From Octopus vulgaris (lineage: Eukaryota): a stretch of 64,000 nt of DNA. The DNA is taken from contig OX597825.1 in assembly GCA_951406725.2 (NCBI GenBank), positions 74,462,001 through 74,526,000 on the forward strand. The letters run 5' to 3'. Below are positions 40,953 to 55,139 of the stretch, one piece after another. Position numbers and translations under genes: made by a program. Every line of letters starts with the position of its first letter. Positions within the stretch are counted from its first letter, which is position 1. Below the pieces are notes generated by a model. It ran no database searches. It was not told the origin of the DNA and worked only from the letters and a program-made list of their open reading frames with translations.

Positions 40953-41698
40953 TTGAGTAGTGTATATTATCATTAAATAATGCATAACATTGTGTCAGGA
41001 CTATAACAGTCAATATATCTGAGGAGAAACTAAACCTGCTAATATACACATAGACAACCAGCACAGCAGGGTTGGCACTGCGTGACCCGCAGTGCTCTCT
41101 CTCCCTAGTGTGCAGCTTCCAATCACGGACATGTGAGCATGCGCACAACAGCCAAACACAGCGTCGCTGGAACTGTGAAGCGCACAATTCTATACAAGGA
41201 TTTTTGAATTTGTTTCATAAACTAGGGTTGGTTACTGACATGAGGCTTAATGATTATATAATGTAGAAGTATAAAGAAAGAATTAAAGGAAAAAAAGACT
41301 CATGACGGATTAAATTGGCCATGAGAAGACTACATTTATATTCCACATTGCTATTTTAGATTCATTCATTTAGGTGTCTTTTGGACTGGAAGACGTAAGA
41401 ATATAAATACTTAATACAACGAGGCAAGTGGAGCAAGTAATTTAGACCTCTACGGATCGTTGATAATGCATAAACTGAGACATCTCGCTCTCTACGAATA
41501 TTTGGTCATAGATGAAAGTGAATATTTCTCTGCGTAAGGAATGAAAAACAAAAATTTGGTAAAATCTACCAACTAAGAACACCTCATCTCAATCTGATAA
41601 AAAGACTACTTATGACATTAACACGTTTACAGTGTGAAACTCATAAAGCTATTGTATTGAATATGTATGTAACAAATCTAGATGTGCAAAATGTACAA

Positions 41699-41765
<67 letters not shown>

Positions 41766-41897
41766 GGAAATTTAATTGTTTTCCATACTTACAGTTGAAA
41801 AAGTCTCAATGACTGAAACCGGTACTGAAATGTTTTTTATAAAATTATTTTAGCATTTTCTACCTTGACTCTTTTTTCCATATATATGTCTCTCTCT

Positions 41898-41933
<36 letters not shown>

Positions 41934-42549
41934 ATATTGTCTGGCATCCGACTACTATCAACCGACAACTTTCAACACAAGAAATGTTGGTCATAAGGTA
42001 CTATTGAGTGTGAAGTGTATTTTAAGAAGAAAGCTATTAATGTTTACAACTATCTCTTACAGTCACACGGATACCTTCTGCATGCCTTTGTTGAATATTC
42101 AGCATACAAAAGACAGCAAATAAATTATATCAGTAGCAACGCAATTCTCACAACAAATTAGATTTGATTTCGAATAGCTAATAGCCAAGGCTAAAACTGA
42201 AGCAGCAGCAGCAGCTAAACAGACACAGAGATGGCGCGAAAGCCAACCGTAAACGGAAGTCTTTCCATGAAATTCATTTTTACGAAATGATTTCGTTAAA
42301 TAAAAAAAAACCACAAACCCTGCTCTGTAAGTAGAAATCCAACCTGGATGTAACAAATTTGCAGTACTGGAACAGGTAATCACCAATAGAAATGTTGAAA
42401 AGAATTCAAATAATTATTTCAATACTGGTAGCAGATTTTATTTGAGTAGTGTATATTATCATTAAATAATGCATGATATTGCGTCAGGACTATAACTGTC
42501 AATATATCTGAGGAGAGACTAAACCTGCTTATATACACGTAGACAACCA
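40953..42549 (+). repeat. 108-bp direct repeats at 40953-41060 and 42442-42549
   Basis: ttgagtagtgtatattatcattaaataatgcat...aaacctgct(a/t)atatacac(a/g)tagacaacca, about 7 substitutions. Confidence 0.9.
41792..41827 (+). ncRNA. Minimal type I hammerhead ribozyme, U3:A8 core variant
   Basis: CAG-UUGAAAA-AGUC-ucaau-GACU-GAAAC-CG-GUA^CUG; all three stems pair; stem III palindrome ACCGGU. Confidence 0.72.
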
Positions 42550-43349
42550 ACATCACTATTTCAAGAAAGCGATGTGATACTAATATGAACATCCTCTGAT
42601 TTTAGAAAATGATAATGCAAAAATTGCAGTGAAAGGAATGTGAAGATACTACGGATATTATTATGAATACAACCCATTAGATAACACTCCATTCTCCCTG
42701 ACAAAAATGGCATACTAATTATTGACATAGCAATACGGAATGACTATTAAGTCATATGGTATTGTTATAAATCTAAGGAACTATAGTGAAGTAGCTGTTG
42801 AATTAAAAGCATTAAGACAATTTACTATTATGTCTTTTTTACAGGTACAATGATACTGAGCCACTTCTGTAATGTTACTGAAAGTTTTTCGCGTAAAGAT
42901 AAACGTAGCTACGTTCTGGAAAACTACTACTAAGATCTGTGAATAGATTTAGTGCACTTACACTGAAGATTCGTTAACTTTCAGCATTTTTACACTTGTC
43001 TTCCAAATTACCCTAATTTCTTTGAAGATAACGTTTTTAAAGGGTGTTTAATGTTCTTGTTACCTCTGAATGCAATGCAATAATCTCGGTTAAAAATATC
43101 CAATAAAACAAAAACGTAATAAAATTTATAAAGTGGAAGCCATACTTGGAAAATTTAATGACAATTATCGCGTATAATTATTGTATTGGAAATCTTCAAA
43201 GTTGTCGGTGGTCTGGCACCATGTGCCTATCTAAAGATGAATTGTCAATAAGAACAAAGCAGAAAAATTTCTTTCTCCTCAGAAAATATGAAATAAAATA
43301 CTTCAAATTGTATTGTTCAATCCAAGGTTAATAAATATGTGCTTGGAAC

Positions 43350-44150
43350 CGGATGTATAAAAAGAAAGCGAGTTAACAAAAACAAATCAATACACGACGA
43401 GAATTATAATAACTTAAATATAGGACTGGACTTTTTTCTTGAAATTACCATTTCCCTCACAAAACTCGGCACGAATGGACATGAGGAGATCACGTTTCTA
43501 TTCGGCATACCGATTTTAGAACCACAATCTACAGAAAAAAACTAAAATACGATCGTGTACGCGGATAAAATTTCAAGGAAAAAGATCACCTTTATGCAAT
43601 CGCAAAGGTACAGAGCATGTCTAAACCAAGGATAGTGAAAGATGAAAAACGAACAAATCAAAAAGACTACTTGTATTCAAGGAAGCTAAGAACTACGGAA
43701 TCTGAGGCTGAACTGATAGAAGGTTATATGAGAATGAAGATAGGTTGTGAAAATTCTAAAGACGAAGCTTGCAAAACAGAATCAAATCCCATCGGCAAGA
43801 AACTACAGAAAACATGTAATGAAAGAAATTACTGTAAATAACTTCAGAATATCTTGAGTTTGGATAAAAACAATTAATTATATTGTCTCTTTGTGTCTAG
43901 CTTTAAACAAGGGAATGCTGTCATCCACAAGCATGACAGCATTGGATACATCTAGAAGTATGACAGCGTTGAATACATCCACGAGCATACAACTGAAAAA
44001 GACGTGATATAAACTTACACCAGAAAAAATCCACGGAATGAACTAATCGATGAAAAACAGGGAAATCGAAGGTAGTCAATCGGATATATTCGCAATGTCT
44101 TGTGAGAAAGGATGAGCCTCCTAATCTAAATATCAATCGAAAAAACAATA
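43350..44150 (+). mobile_element. Very decayed Penelope-like element (RT thumb to GIY-YIG end)
   Basis: LDFFLEITI (LPFLDV-like), FRTTIYRKK (TTVYRKPT-like), PNLNIN (PSLN-like C-terminus), in order. Confidence 0.4.
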
Positions 44151-44972
44151 GGAGACATGCAAAAGACATTATGAAATCATAAATATCAGGGAATAAAGAT
44201 AATTACAAAACCAGAACTTAAAATATTTCTAAATTACAGAGAATAATATAAGATACTACTCACACACGCATACGGAACTTTTTGTTACTTTTGATATAAC
44301 ACGTACCTGTTTTTTAATCACCATAAAGGTTTTACACCGAGGGGACATTACAATACATTGGGGACACAAAACATCAAAAATTCAAATTAAAATTAAAAAT
44401 AAAAACATAAGTGTATGATAGAGATGAAAAAAGGGAGAAAATGAGAGATGAGAGGGAACACATACCGAAGTTACACCTGCGATGTGTTGTGTAATGAAAA
44501 AAAAGCAAACTTGAAAGGACTGGAATACAACGTTAGTAATAGAAATATCGTCAGCAGTTGGTTGAGAAATTGAATCTAAAGGAGTTTTGTGTTGTGGCTT
44601 AGGCCCAAAGCCTTCTCTTGAGAATCTACGAAGTAGGATGAAGTAGAATCTTTTTGAAAAAAACAACATCTGCAGAATATGCGGTTGCTATGAAGTAACA
44701 ATCAATTTCATTGTTATATATGACGTAATGTGTGGTGAAATATATTATGTAATGCAATATATGACGCTTATGTTTATTCATAATATTCCATCGATTTATC
44801 AGTTCTCTATTATGTTCCATTTCATGTTCTTTAGGCTATGACTGGTACAGAAAAAACGTTCGTGGCATTTACATTCTTGCTATTCAAATGAGGTTTTCGA
44901 ATTCTTTATATTTTACTTTAAAATTCTTTCGGAATTCTCACTCCTCATTGTTGTAGCTTTCAATTACACACG

Positions 44973-45050
<78 letters not shown>

Positions 45051-45440
45051 CATAGTAATTCTCAGCCATGTTAAATTATTACTCGAGCCTTAATTATTTA
45101 GCTCTTTTACTAATTTGTCTCTGTGGCATTGCAAATTATCCGTTTGATTGATCAGACTTCTTTGCTGTATTATCGCATTTTTTCCATTCCTTCAGGTAAA
45201 ATGACATTTCAACGACCTCACTAAATTGTTCGTGAATATTGTATAGACAAGCTGTCGACTATTAGCTTCATAAAATTTTAAGTCTACAGCAATGAAAGGA
45301 AGGCCCTGGAAGAAACTGGCTCTCAACACTCCCTTTATTGTTTCACAAATTGGTTTGCGTTTCGGCAGGTAGCCAGCTTGCAAATAATAGGTTTGATTAC
45401 ACAGGGTACCCAGGAGTATTACTACCTTAAAATATTCCAC

Positions 45441-45644
45441 TCTTTACTTGTTTCAGTCATGTGATTGTGGTCGTGCTGGAGCACCACCTTTAGTCGAGCA
45501 AATCGAACTCAGGACGTATTCTTTGTAAGCCTAGTACTTATTCTATCGACCTCTTTTACCGGACTGCTAAGTTACGGAGACGTAAACACACCAGCATCGA
45601 TTGTCAAGCGATGTTGGGGGACAAACACAGACACACAAGCATAT

Positions 45645-45694
<50 letters not shown>

Positions 45695-45856
45695 GACGGG
45701 CTTCTTTCAGCTTCCGTCAACCAAATCCACTCACAAGGCTTTGGTCGGCCCGAGGCTATATTAGAAGACACTTGCCCAAGGTGCCACGCAATGGGACTGA
45801 ACCCTGAACCATGTGGTTGATGAGCAAAGTACTTACCACACAGCCTCTCCTACGCC
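45441..45856 (-). mobile_element. SINE family B, full length
   Basis: Reverse complement of the 46736-47153 type, with internal (TA)n. Confidence 0.9.
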
Positions 45857-46092
45857 ACTGGATATTTTATGAAAGTAAAATGTTCCGCCGAACATTGTAC
45901 TGGATATAACAACACATGTTCGTGCTTTTTAGTTGATTTAAAACAGGTTAATTTATGTTTGCATCGTGACATTTCTGAATTTCGAACATTGTCATGAAAC
46001 AAGCATACAACTATTGAATAAAAGGCTTTGTGTTTTAATCAATGAAAATCCTTGGAATCGTTTTTTTTTTATCTCAAATAATTTAGCTTTAT

Positions 46093-46131
46093 TATCGTGA
46101 TAGTACTATCGTGATAGTACTATCGTGATAG
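46093..46131. repeat. Three tandem copies of the 14-bp near-palindromic unit tatcgtgatagtac
   Basis: Directly visible; third copy partial. Confidence 0.85.
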
Positions 46132-46736
46132 CTATTATAAATCGCGTCACTAGCTCTAAAAGTATTTTTACATCGCCATTTATATATCATACTTTATGTA
46201 AATACATCGTTTAAAGGTGGGAATTTATTGTGGTAGTTGTCCAGAAATAATATTTGTTATGGACATATTTAAAACCACTGTATATATAAGTTCCCGGCTT
46301 TGGGTAAAAGAAAATACAAGAGGGTCAGTTAATTATGATTTTATTCAAGAAATTGCGCTCTCAGATTCAAACATTTATTGCAGTGGTCCTTCAGGTTTCC
46401 TAAGCCCTGTAAAAAAACTCGGATGGTTGGTCTTCCAACCAACCTTTTCACGATTCCCTTAAATCTAAGAACTTTTCGGCACCCTTCGCATGCCCGCGTG
46501 TGTGTATGAGTGAGGAGACAATCATCATCACAGCAGCGGCAGCCGATAACGCCGAAACGCATTTCAGCTTCATTAGACTGTATCAGTGGCGTGTACACTC
46601 TCAGCCAGCGACATGTTTAGACGGGATCTGTAGATGTCAATATAAAGACAAGTAAGAATATATTATTCTCTGTCATTGCCAATAGCCACGCGGCTGAATA
46701 ACAACTCGTTATATGCAATAGAAGTAGTATTCAATA

Positions 46737-46907
46737 GGCGCAGGAGTGGCTGTGTGGTAAGTAGCTTGCTAACCAACCACATGGTTCCGGGTTCAGTCCC
46801 ACTGCGTGGCATCTTGGGCAAATGTCTTCTGCTATAGCCCCGGGCCGACCAATGCCTTGTGAGTGGATTTGGTAGACGGAAACTGAAAGAAGCCTGTCGT
46901 ATATATG

Positions 46908-46939
<32 letters not shown>

Positions 46940-47153
46940 CGTTTGTGTTTGTCTACCTAGCATTGCTTGACAACCGATGCTGGTGTGTTTACGTCCCCGT
47001 CACTTAGCGGTTCGGCAAAAGAGAACGATAGAATAAGTACTGGGCTTACAAAGAATAAGTCCCGGGGTCGATTTGTTCGACTAAAGGTGGTGCTCCAGCA
47101 TGGCCGCAGTCAAATGACTGAAACAAGTAAAAGAGTAAAAGAGTAAAAGAGTA
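46737..47153 (+). mobile_element. SINE family B, full length, young
   Basis: ggcgcaggagtggctgtgtggtaagtagcttgc...gactgaaacaagtaaaagagtaaaagagtaaaagagta. Confidence 0.92.
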
Positions 47154-47625
47154 TCACACATAATACGAATATATCTTTGAAAGGCGATTTACTGCAGTAT
47201 TCATCCAGAAATAACATCTTTAATGGAAAAGTTCTGTTTTAAAAAAAAGGCATATTTCGGAGAGACAAAAATCGTCCCAGCATACATTAAGTATGAACCA
47301 CTTATGACTTAATTCAATACTGCTTTTATTGCATAAAACGATTTTGTTTTGGCACTTATCCTTCTGTTTTATTGATATCAGTGTGCAGGCTTCTGTACTG
47401 GTTTGCTAATTTATAAATGGTCCAGCATTCTATCAGATGACATTTTAAATGAGCACTGTATTTTCTAGTATATATGACACCCTTTTGAATAAGACAAACT
47501 TTATTTTTGTCGAAAACTTATTTTGTAGAAAGAAACAAATTTACTATATTTTATCATACATTCATATGCTTCGTATCCCATCCATAAACCATTCACATTA
47601 GACGCATGGCAATGTTTTTTACATC

Positions 47626-47850
47626 CAAGGCGGTAGGCTGGTAGAATGGTTGGAACACCGAGAAAAATGCTTAGCGGCATTTCGCCCATCATTACGTTCT
47701 GAGTTCAAATTACTCCGAGGTCGATAGTACCTTACCTATCATCTTTTTTCCGGGTCGATAAAATAAGTACCAGATGAACACTAGGGTCGATATAACCGGC
47801 TTACCCGCTACTCCGAAATTACTGGCCGTCTGCCAAGATTTGAAATCAAT
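47626..47850 (+). mobile_element. SINE family A copy
   Basis: aaggcggtaggctggtagaatggtt...ttacgttctgagttcaaattactccgaggtcga. Confidence 0.8.
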
Positions 47851-47979
47851 GTTTTGTTACATTTAAGAGTAAGAAAAAAATGTCTTATACAAAGGCTTTT
47901 GCAGTAATCTAACTCGTACCCATTCTGTATATATGATGGGATGGTAGCTAACTTAATCACCTAACGGTATTTGTTACTT

Positions 47980-48210
47980 GGCGGCCAACTGGCAGAAACG
48001 TTAGCACGTCGGGCGAAATGCTTAGCGGTATTTCGTCTGCCGTTACGTTGTGAGTTCAAATTCCGCCGAGGTCGACTTTACCTTTCATCCTTTCGGGGTC
48101 GATAAATTAAGTACCAGTTACGCACTGGGGTCGATGTAATCGACTTAATACTTATGGTTGTCCTTGTTTGTCCCCTCTATGTTTAGCCCCTTGTGGGTAA
48201 TAAAGAAATA
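47980..48210 (+). mobile_element. SINE family A, full length, with TSD of at least 14 bp
   Basis: ggtatttgttactt(ggc) directly before the head (47966) and after the ...taaagaaata tail (48211). Confidence 0.92.
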
Positions 48211-49118
48211 GGTATTTGTTACTTGGCTTGGTGGTATCAGCATTGTATCCCCCAAAATAAGACAACTACTTTATTGCAATAGATTATTTCAAACAGTATT
48301 AAAAGCTGATAGATACTTGATGTATCACAAATTTATTGCAGGAAGAAATAGTCTAAATTTGACAGCCAGCATTCACAAACAGATTGTTATATCATTCGTC
48401 TGAATAATATTTTTGGATATTGTCTCTTTTAATGTATCAGAAATCATTCAAGCTTCTCAAAGAAAAGTTCAAATCATATTAAATAATCGTTAGTCTATTT
48501 GCCTTTGTAGATGCTGTCCCCAAGCACATACATGATAACTATCTATCAATCTGTCTATTTATCTCTTCGCAGCTCCTACTGATCAGCTCCTACTGCTCTT
48601 CCCTCTTCTCTCTTTCTCTCTCTCTCTCATACTTTATTTTCTCATCACCTCGGTAAAACACAACACACCTGCCCTCGGGTTTTGTAGTCATACGAGCTGC
48701 ACGACAAACTTAATAGTGCTTATAGCACGACAAAAAGCATCCCGCAGAGCGTACAGTGGTCGGCCTTTGGAAGGGAACCATTCATACATAAAATCTACGC
48801 TAAAACAGACATTGGAGTACGATGCAGTCCTCGGACCAATCAAATCTTGTCAGACCGTCCAACTCATAACTATACCTAGACTCATACCTAGTCATATAAT
48901 TATAACTGGCACTCCGTCGGTTACGACGACGAGTGTTCCAAATGCTCGTGAGTTTAAAGTTGTATCAATAAAATTACCGGCTCCTGCACTAACGTGTAAG
49001 TGGCTGAGTATTCCAATATTCCACAGCCTTGTGTACACTTAAGGTAAATCTTAGAAAAAAATTCATCGTAACAAATGAGGCAAAGTTATACCTTTTTTGT
49101 CATACACACACACACATG

Positions 49119-49190
<72 letters not shown>

Positions 49191-50014
49191 TACAATCCAT
49201 CTGGCGCGTGCATTCTATATTCTATTTCCCTACTGGCTCGAGGCAATAGAAAATGACATTTTCTCAACATTCCACTTAGTAGGATTGAACCGAACACCTT
49301 GTGATTGCGAAGCGAACACCTTAACCATTCGGCCAAACTGTGTTTACCCTGTGTAAAATATATAACATATTATTGCTTAACATAATATTAAACAATAATA
49401 CGTTATTGTTTACCTATGATTGCTTATTATAGCTTAACATAATATTAAGCTATAATATGTTATTGCTTACATATGACCAAAAACAAAGCCGTGACCATGA
49501 CTATTATTTTAGATGCTTTGTATTATTCAGTGTCTCCATACAGTCTATAAGATGACAAAATGTGACTGAGATGGGGATTTGTCAGCGATTACTAAGAGCT
49601 GAATAACAACGATAAAAATGGAGAACGTGTTTTGTTCCAGCGCAAAACGAAAAAGGCATAAATACATGTGTTAGCGTATTTGTGCTATGAAAATTAATGA
49701 ATTCTTACTTTTATGAGGTTATAAGTATGTGTATCATATATAACTATTGTTTTAGAACGATGTCTTACTTAAATGGCTCTTTTAAGTACCCTTTTCTGTC
49801 ATTTTACTTTCTTTCTACTCTTAGAATAGCGCCAGAAGACGTTTTCAAATCAGAATGCAAGAGGGATTTTATCCCTTGTTAATGGGTTTCTCTCACTTGC
49901 TGTTTAGGAGGATCTTTGAAATTCACTTTTACAGCAACGTCGAGAGGCGCCACTTTACATTTTCATGCATATCGTTATCGGGAATTGATTTTATTTCTTT
50001 GTTATACTGTGTGT

Positions 50015-50089
<75 letters not shown>

Positions 50090-50242
50090 TATATTCATAT
50101 ATATATACATATATACATATATATACATATATATATACATATATATATATGTGTGTATATATATATACACATATATATGCGTATAGATATGTATATATAT
50201 ATTATATATAATATATATATATATATATTATATATATATATA

Positions 50243-51076
50243 TCACAAAATTACACCTCCCAAAATTATTGCACAGCTTAATGACCACTTCGAGAACCTA
50301 GTTTCCACAAAAACTGTTCGCCGAAAGATGCACAAAATCAGATTTCATGGGAGAGCAGCAATCAGCAAACCACTACTTTCGAAGACAAATATTGCGAAGC
50401 TTTTAGAATTGAGTAAAAACCTACAAAAATAGCTCCTAGAGTAGTGGAAGAATGTTATTTTCTCAGACGAGTCACCCATTACCTTATTTCAGACACCGGC
50501 CAAGTATAGGTGTGGAGACAACCAAAAGAAGCATTTGGCCCAGGCTGCCTTCTTCCAACTGTTAAACATGGAGGAGGATCTGTGATGGTCTGGGGGGCTA
50601 TATCTTGGGAATTTGCCAGCCCAATGATTTTTCTTCATGGCAGAAGTAATAGCCAAGACTATTTAAGCATTTTATCTGACCAAATTCATCCTATTGTTGC
50701 GGAACTGCTTCCGGAGGGAAACGCAATCTTTCAGGATGATAAAGCACCAATTCACACGGCTAAAGTTGTAACTGAATGGCTCAAGGAACATTCTAGAAGT
50801 TGAACATACTATCTGGCTACCACAGTCTTCAGAGCTCAATTTTATTGAACATTTCTGGTACATTTTAGAAGAACAAGGAGTCGATATCCTCCACCATCAT
50901 CGCTACAAGAACTGGAGACTGTTTCAGCTGAAGAATGGACAAAAATTCCTTTGGAAACAATTCAAACTTTGTACGAGTCCATACCTTGTAGAATTCATGC
51001 TGTAATTACTGCAAAAGACAGTCCTACCCCAAAGACAGAATTTTTATGGTGCTTCCATTATTTTGTACAACCCCTG
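50243..51076 (+). mobile_element. Tc1-family (DD34E-type) transposon remnant, 5'-truncated, transposase pseudogene
   Basis: WKNVIFSDES, PTVKHGGGSVMVWGAI, IFQDDKAPIHTAKVV, WLPQSSELNFIEHFW motifs with stops and frameshifts; right end ttttgtacaacccctg|TA. Confidence 0.92.
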
Positions 51077-51093
51077 TATGTATAAACACACAT

Positions 51094-51161
<68 letters not shown>

Positions 51162-51202
51162 CATACATATTTACATACACATGCATATATATACTTACAT
51201 AC

Positions 51203-51241
<39 letters not shown>

Positions 51242-51250
51242 CATATATAT

Positions 51251-51291
<41 letters not shown>

Positions 51292-51302
51292 CATACATAT
51301 AT

Positions 51303-51355
<53 letters not shown>

Positions 51356-51489
51356 TATACGTATATATACACATATGTACATATATTTATACAGACATAT
51401 ATACATACACATATATATACATACATATATACATACACTTATATATATATCTACATACATACATACACACATACACACACACATATATA

Positions 51490-51524
<35 letters not shown>

Positions 51525-51546
51525 CGTATATACATACACACATATA
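51077..51546. repeat. Long compound (TA)n/(CA)n microsatellite
   Basis: Directly visible. Confidence 0.95.
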
Positions 51547-53057
51547 TCCCTCGACTGTTTCTCGTTTGCTGGGCGGTTTTGCCAACAGGTTTCTTGAGTG
51601 ACCATGTGAACGAGAAAGGGACCCACAACTTTGCGAATGTGTTCGTTGGCTACGTTGAGGCCCAAATATTCTCACAATTAACTGATCCCAGTCCCCAACT
51701 ACACGGTCGTTACATCGATGACTTTATCGGCGCGACCTCACCCTCCCTCGAACAACTAGACTCCTTCCTCTCTTTTGTCCAATCCTTCCATCATGCCCTC
51801 GAATTCCCCTGCACTATCTCTAATTCTTCAGTCGAATTTCTCGACATTTCTATCAGTATAAACCAATCCGCGCGCACTACCCCCATCTACTACAAACACA
51901 CTGACTCACAATCCTACCTTAACTTCTACTCATAACACCCAGACCAAGCTCTCCATGCCCTACTTGGAATTGTTCCATCTCCGCAGGCCCTGCAGTGATA
52001 ACCATGATTTTGAGAGTTCGTCACAACCCATGGCTCGCCATTTCATCTTACGTGGATATAAACCCTCACCACTATCCACATTCCCTTACTAGGGCGCGAT
52101 TCGTGGAACGTGTCTCTGTTCTTTCTCCTCACACCTGCCCTGCCGTTGCCCGGCTCCCATTTCTCCTCACCTACCACCCCACAACCCTGCCCCTCCAATG
52201 CACCATATTCCGAATCTTCCAGCGACTCCAGTCTATCACTTCAACCTCGCACATCTTCCCCAACCTACCCCTCCGCTCCTTCAAACGAGTTCATAACCTG
52301 TGTGACATCCTGATCCACAGTTTCGTTCTTAACCCCACCTCTTAGCCTAGCTCGTTTCCCTGACCCCGCCCATGCTGTCGCACTTGCACCTACCTCTCAA
52401 CACCACCATCCTCACAGGCATCCATGATCGTCCCTATCACATCACCGACTCATTTACCTGAATTTCTATGCATTTCTAGTAACGTCATTTGGTGCATCTC
52501 CAGCTCTGTCTTTCCCTGTACATCGATCAAACGGGACGCCGCTTAGCTGACCAATTCGCAGAGCACCTGAGAGACATCAGACTCGGTAATGACACAGGGA
52601 TCACGTCATGTGCTATTTCCGCTCTACCGGTCATTCACTACAACATCTGTCTGTATTCGAACTGTCTTTGCACAGGGACCGTCCAGATTCCCGCCTTCGC
52701 CGTGAACAAGGATTAATCTTCTCTCTTTGCTTCCTTTGCGGCACCTGACATCTTTTTTATCTTACACCAACCTCCTTTTCTCTCTACACACACTTCCACT
52801 GACCACTTCCCAGCATCCACATCACACATCATTATCCACACACCCACACACAATCTTCAATAGCATGACCATATATACCACTCTATGAGCCATCACACAC
52901 ACTGTTTAACTCAGTACACGCACCACACACCATCATGCACACTCCCACACCCACACAAGCACATAATACCTGGGCACAGACCATATATACATGCACACAC
53001 AACACATTAAAACACACAACATACATAAAGATAACTTCCGCCCACACACACACACAT

Positions 53058-53091
<34 letters not shown>

Positions 53092-53566
53092 GGGGGGAGG
53101 GGGTGAAAGTTATATATATATATCAAGCACATGCACACTGTTTGGTCACAGACACACACACACATGCACACACTCACGCACGTCAGAGCCCCTATTCACA
53201 CACACACACACACATACACACAAACTTACACATTCACACACACCATTCTCACATATACACACACGTACACGCACCTTCTCTTGGAATCACGAACACTTTA
53301 TTATCTCCCTTTCTTTCAACATTTTTATTATTATCATCTCCCTTTCAAACGTTTTTTCTAATCATTCGCCATGGTGGACCGCTGAAATCTATAAGGTATT
53401 TTTTGCTTCTTTTCATTCTCTCTTTGTTTATTATCTCATTTTTTTCTATTAAAAGGCATAGGCTCTAAACGTAAAGCCATTTTTATCTTCACGGGCGTCA
53501 AACTAATACACTTGTTTCTTGTTCATACACCTGTCTTCGTCTTTTCTTTTTCTCTAAATTAGAACT
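51547..53566 (+). mobile_element. 5'-truncated Penelope-like retroelement: RT, GIY-YIG endonuclease and long CA-rich 3' region, frameshifted
   Basis: [47 protein letters not shown], then SNVIW/LYIDQTGRRLADQFAEHLRDI (GIY-YIG). Confidence 0.92.
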
Positions 53567-54197
53567 ATGTGTATATACATACAGGGTTATTACAACATAT
53601 GTAACTTACTTAAATAGCAGGTTATTTGTATCGATAATGCCAGAAAACCTTGTCACATACTTTAAAATCCTCCATAAAATACAGTTTACATAAATTATAT
53701 ACTATAAGCTCATGCAGTAGCCAAATCCTCATTCCCTTTGATTTCTATGCCAGCTTAGAATAAACAAGTCATTTATTATAGCAATGTTTTGGGTACATAT
53801 TTAAATAGTTTCTTTTAATGTCTTCGTGATTCTGCCATCACTCCAGGAAATTCCTGAGCAGTAGTAAGCTTTTAAATCGATTGCTGACTTGGAATCATCA
53901 TAACTGTTGTGTTTCCATAGTGATTAAAGTGCTATCTTATTTTAGTAGAGAAGCATACCAGAATTAACAGCAAGCCGTCATTAATCTGTTGATAGCAACA
54001 GTTGCTATGATTAAAATTTAGGCTCATTAGCATTGCTAAACTGTAGTGGCTTGGCTTCGGAATTATAATGACAACAATAATATAATCCTGCTCCTCGCTG
54101 CTAGTAACATTTCCGAGAAGACTAACTGGCGCATACTTCTGCAGGAATACACGCACAAGCACACACACAAACACGCGAGCAGGTGTGTGTGTGTGTG

Positions 54198-54248
<51 letters not shown>

Positions 54249-54446
54249 GTATATATGTACGTTTACATATATATATATATTATATACATTTATATATATA
54301 TATAATATATTAAATTAGAGATAAAACCACTATTAGGCAAATCATAGAATGAAAAACTTAAGCCAATACATAAGATTAATTAATTTATATTATTTTAAAT
54401 ATATCAAAAATTATTAAAAAAAGATAATTAGTATAACACTACGATA

Positions 54447-54478
<32 letters not shown>

Positions 54479-54560
54479 AATTTATATGTATTTATGTATA
54501 TGTGTGTATATATATGCATACATATGTATGTATATGTATGTATATATATATATATAGATA

Positions 54561-54625
<65 letters not shown>

Positions 54626-54702
54626 GTGTGTGTGCACATATATATATGTGTGTATGTATATATATATACATATATATAGAGAGATTTATATATATACACA
54701 CA

Positions 54703-54747
<45 letters not shown>

Positions 54748-55139
54748 AACGAGTATTTATCTAAATGGTTGCTAGTCACGCATGAGCCATACACAGAGAA
54801 CTTATTCTCAATTCATTTAAACGAGGCTCTCATCCACTAAGAGTATTCTGCAACAGAAGAAATCAGCTGATGTAATGAACGTCTATATGAATTAGACATA
54901 GAGTAGGGAATACATGTGGAATACCTCATAGAAAGGAAACGTGGACATATTTATCACGGCATGCATATGTATCTGTGTTTCTTTGTGCGTGTATGTGTGT
55001 ATGTGTCTTGTATACTATATATATATAAGTATATACGTGTATTCGTATGTATGTATTCATGTATATATATGTTTATGTACATAATATATGGCTGCAATAT
55101 ATATATATATAATATTAATATTGTTGAATATATATATAT

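Noticed and set aside
42225-42262. YY1-like (agatggcg) and ETS-like (acggaagt) words as a promoter
   Set aside because: Short motifs with no linked gene; could be chance
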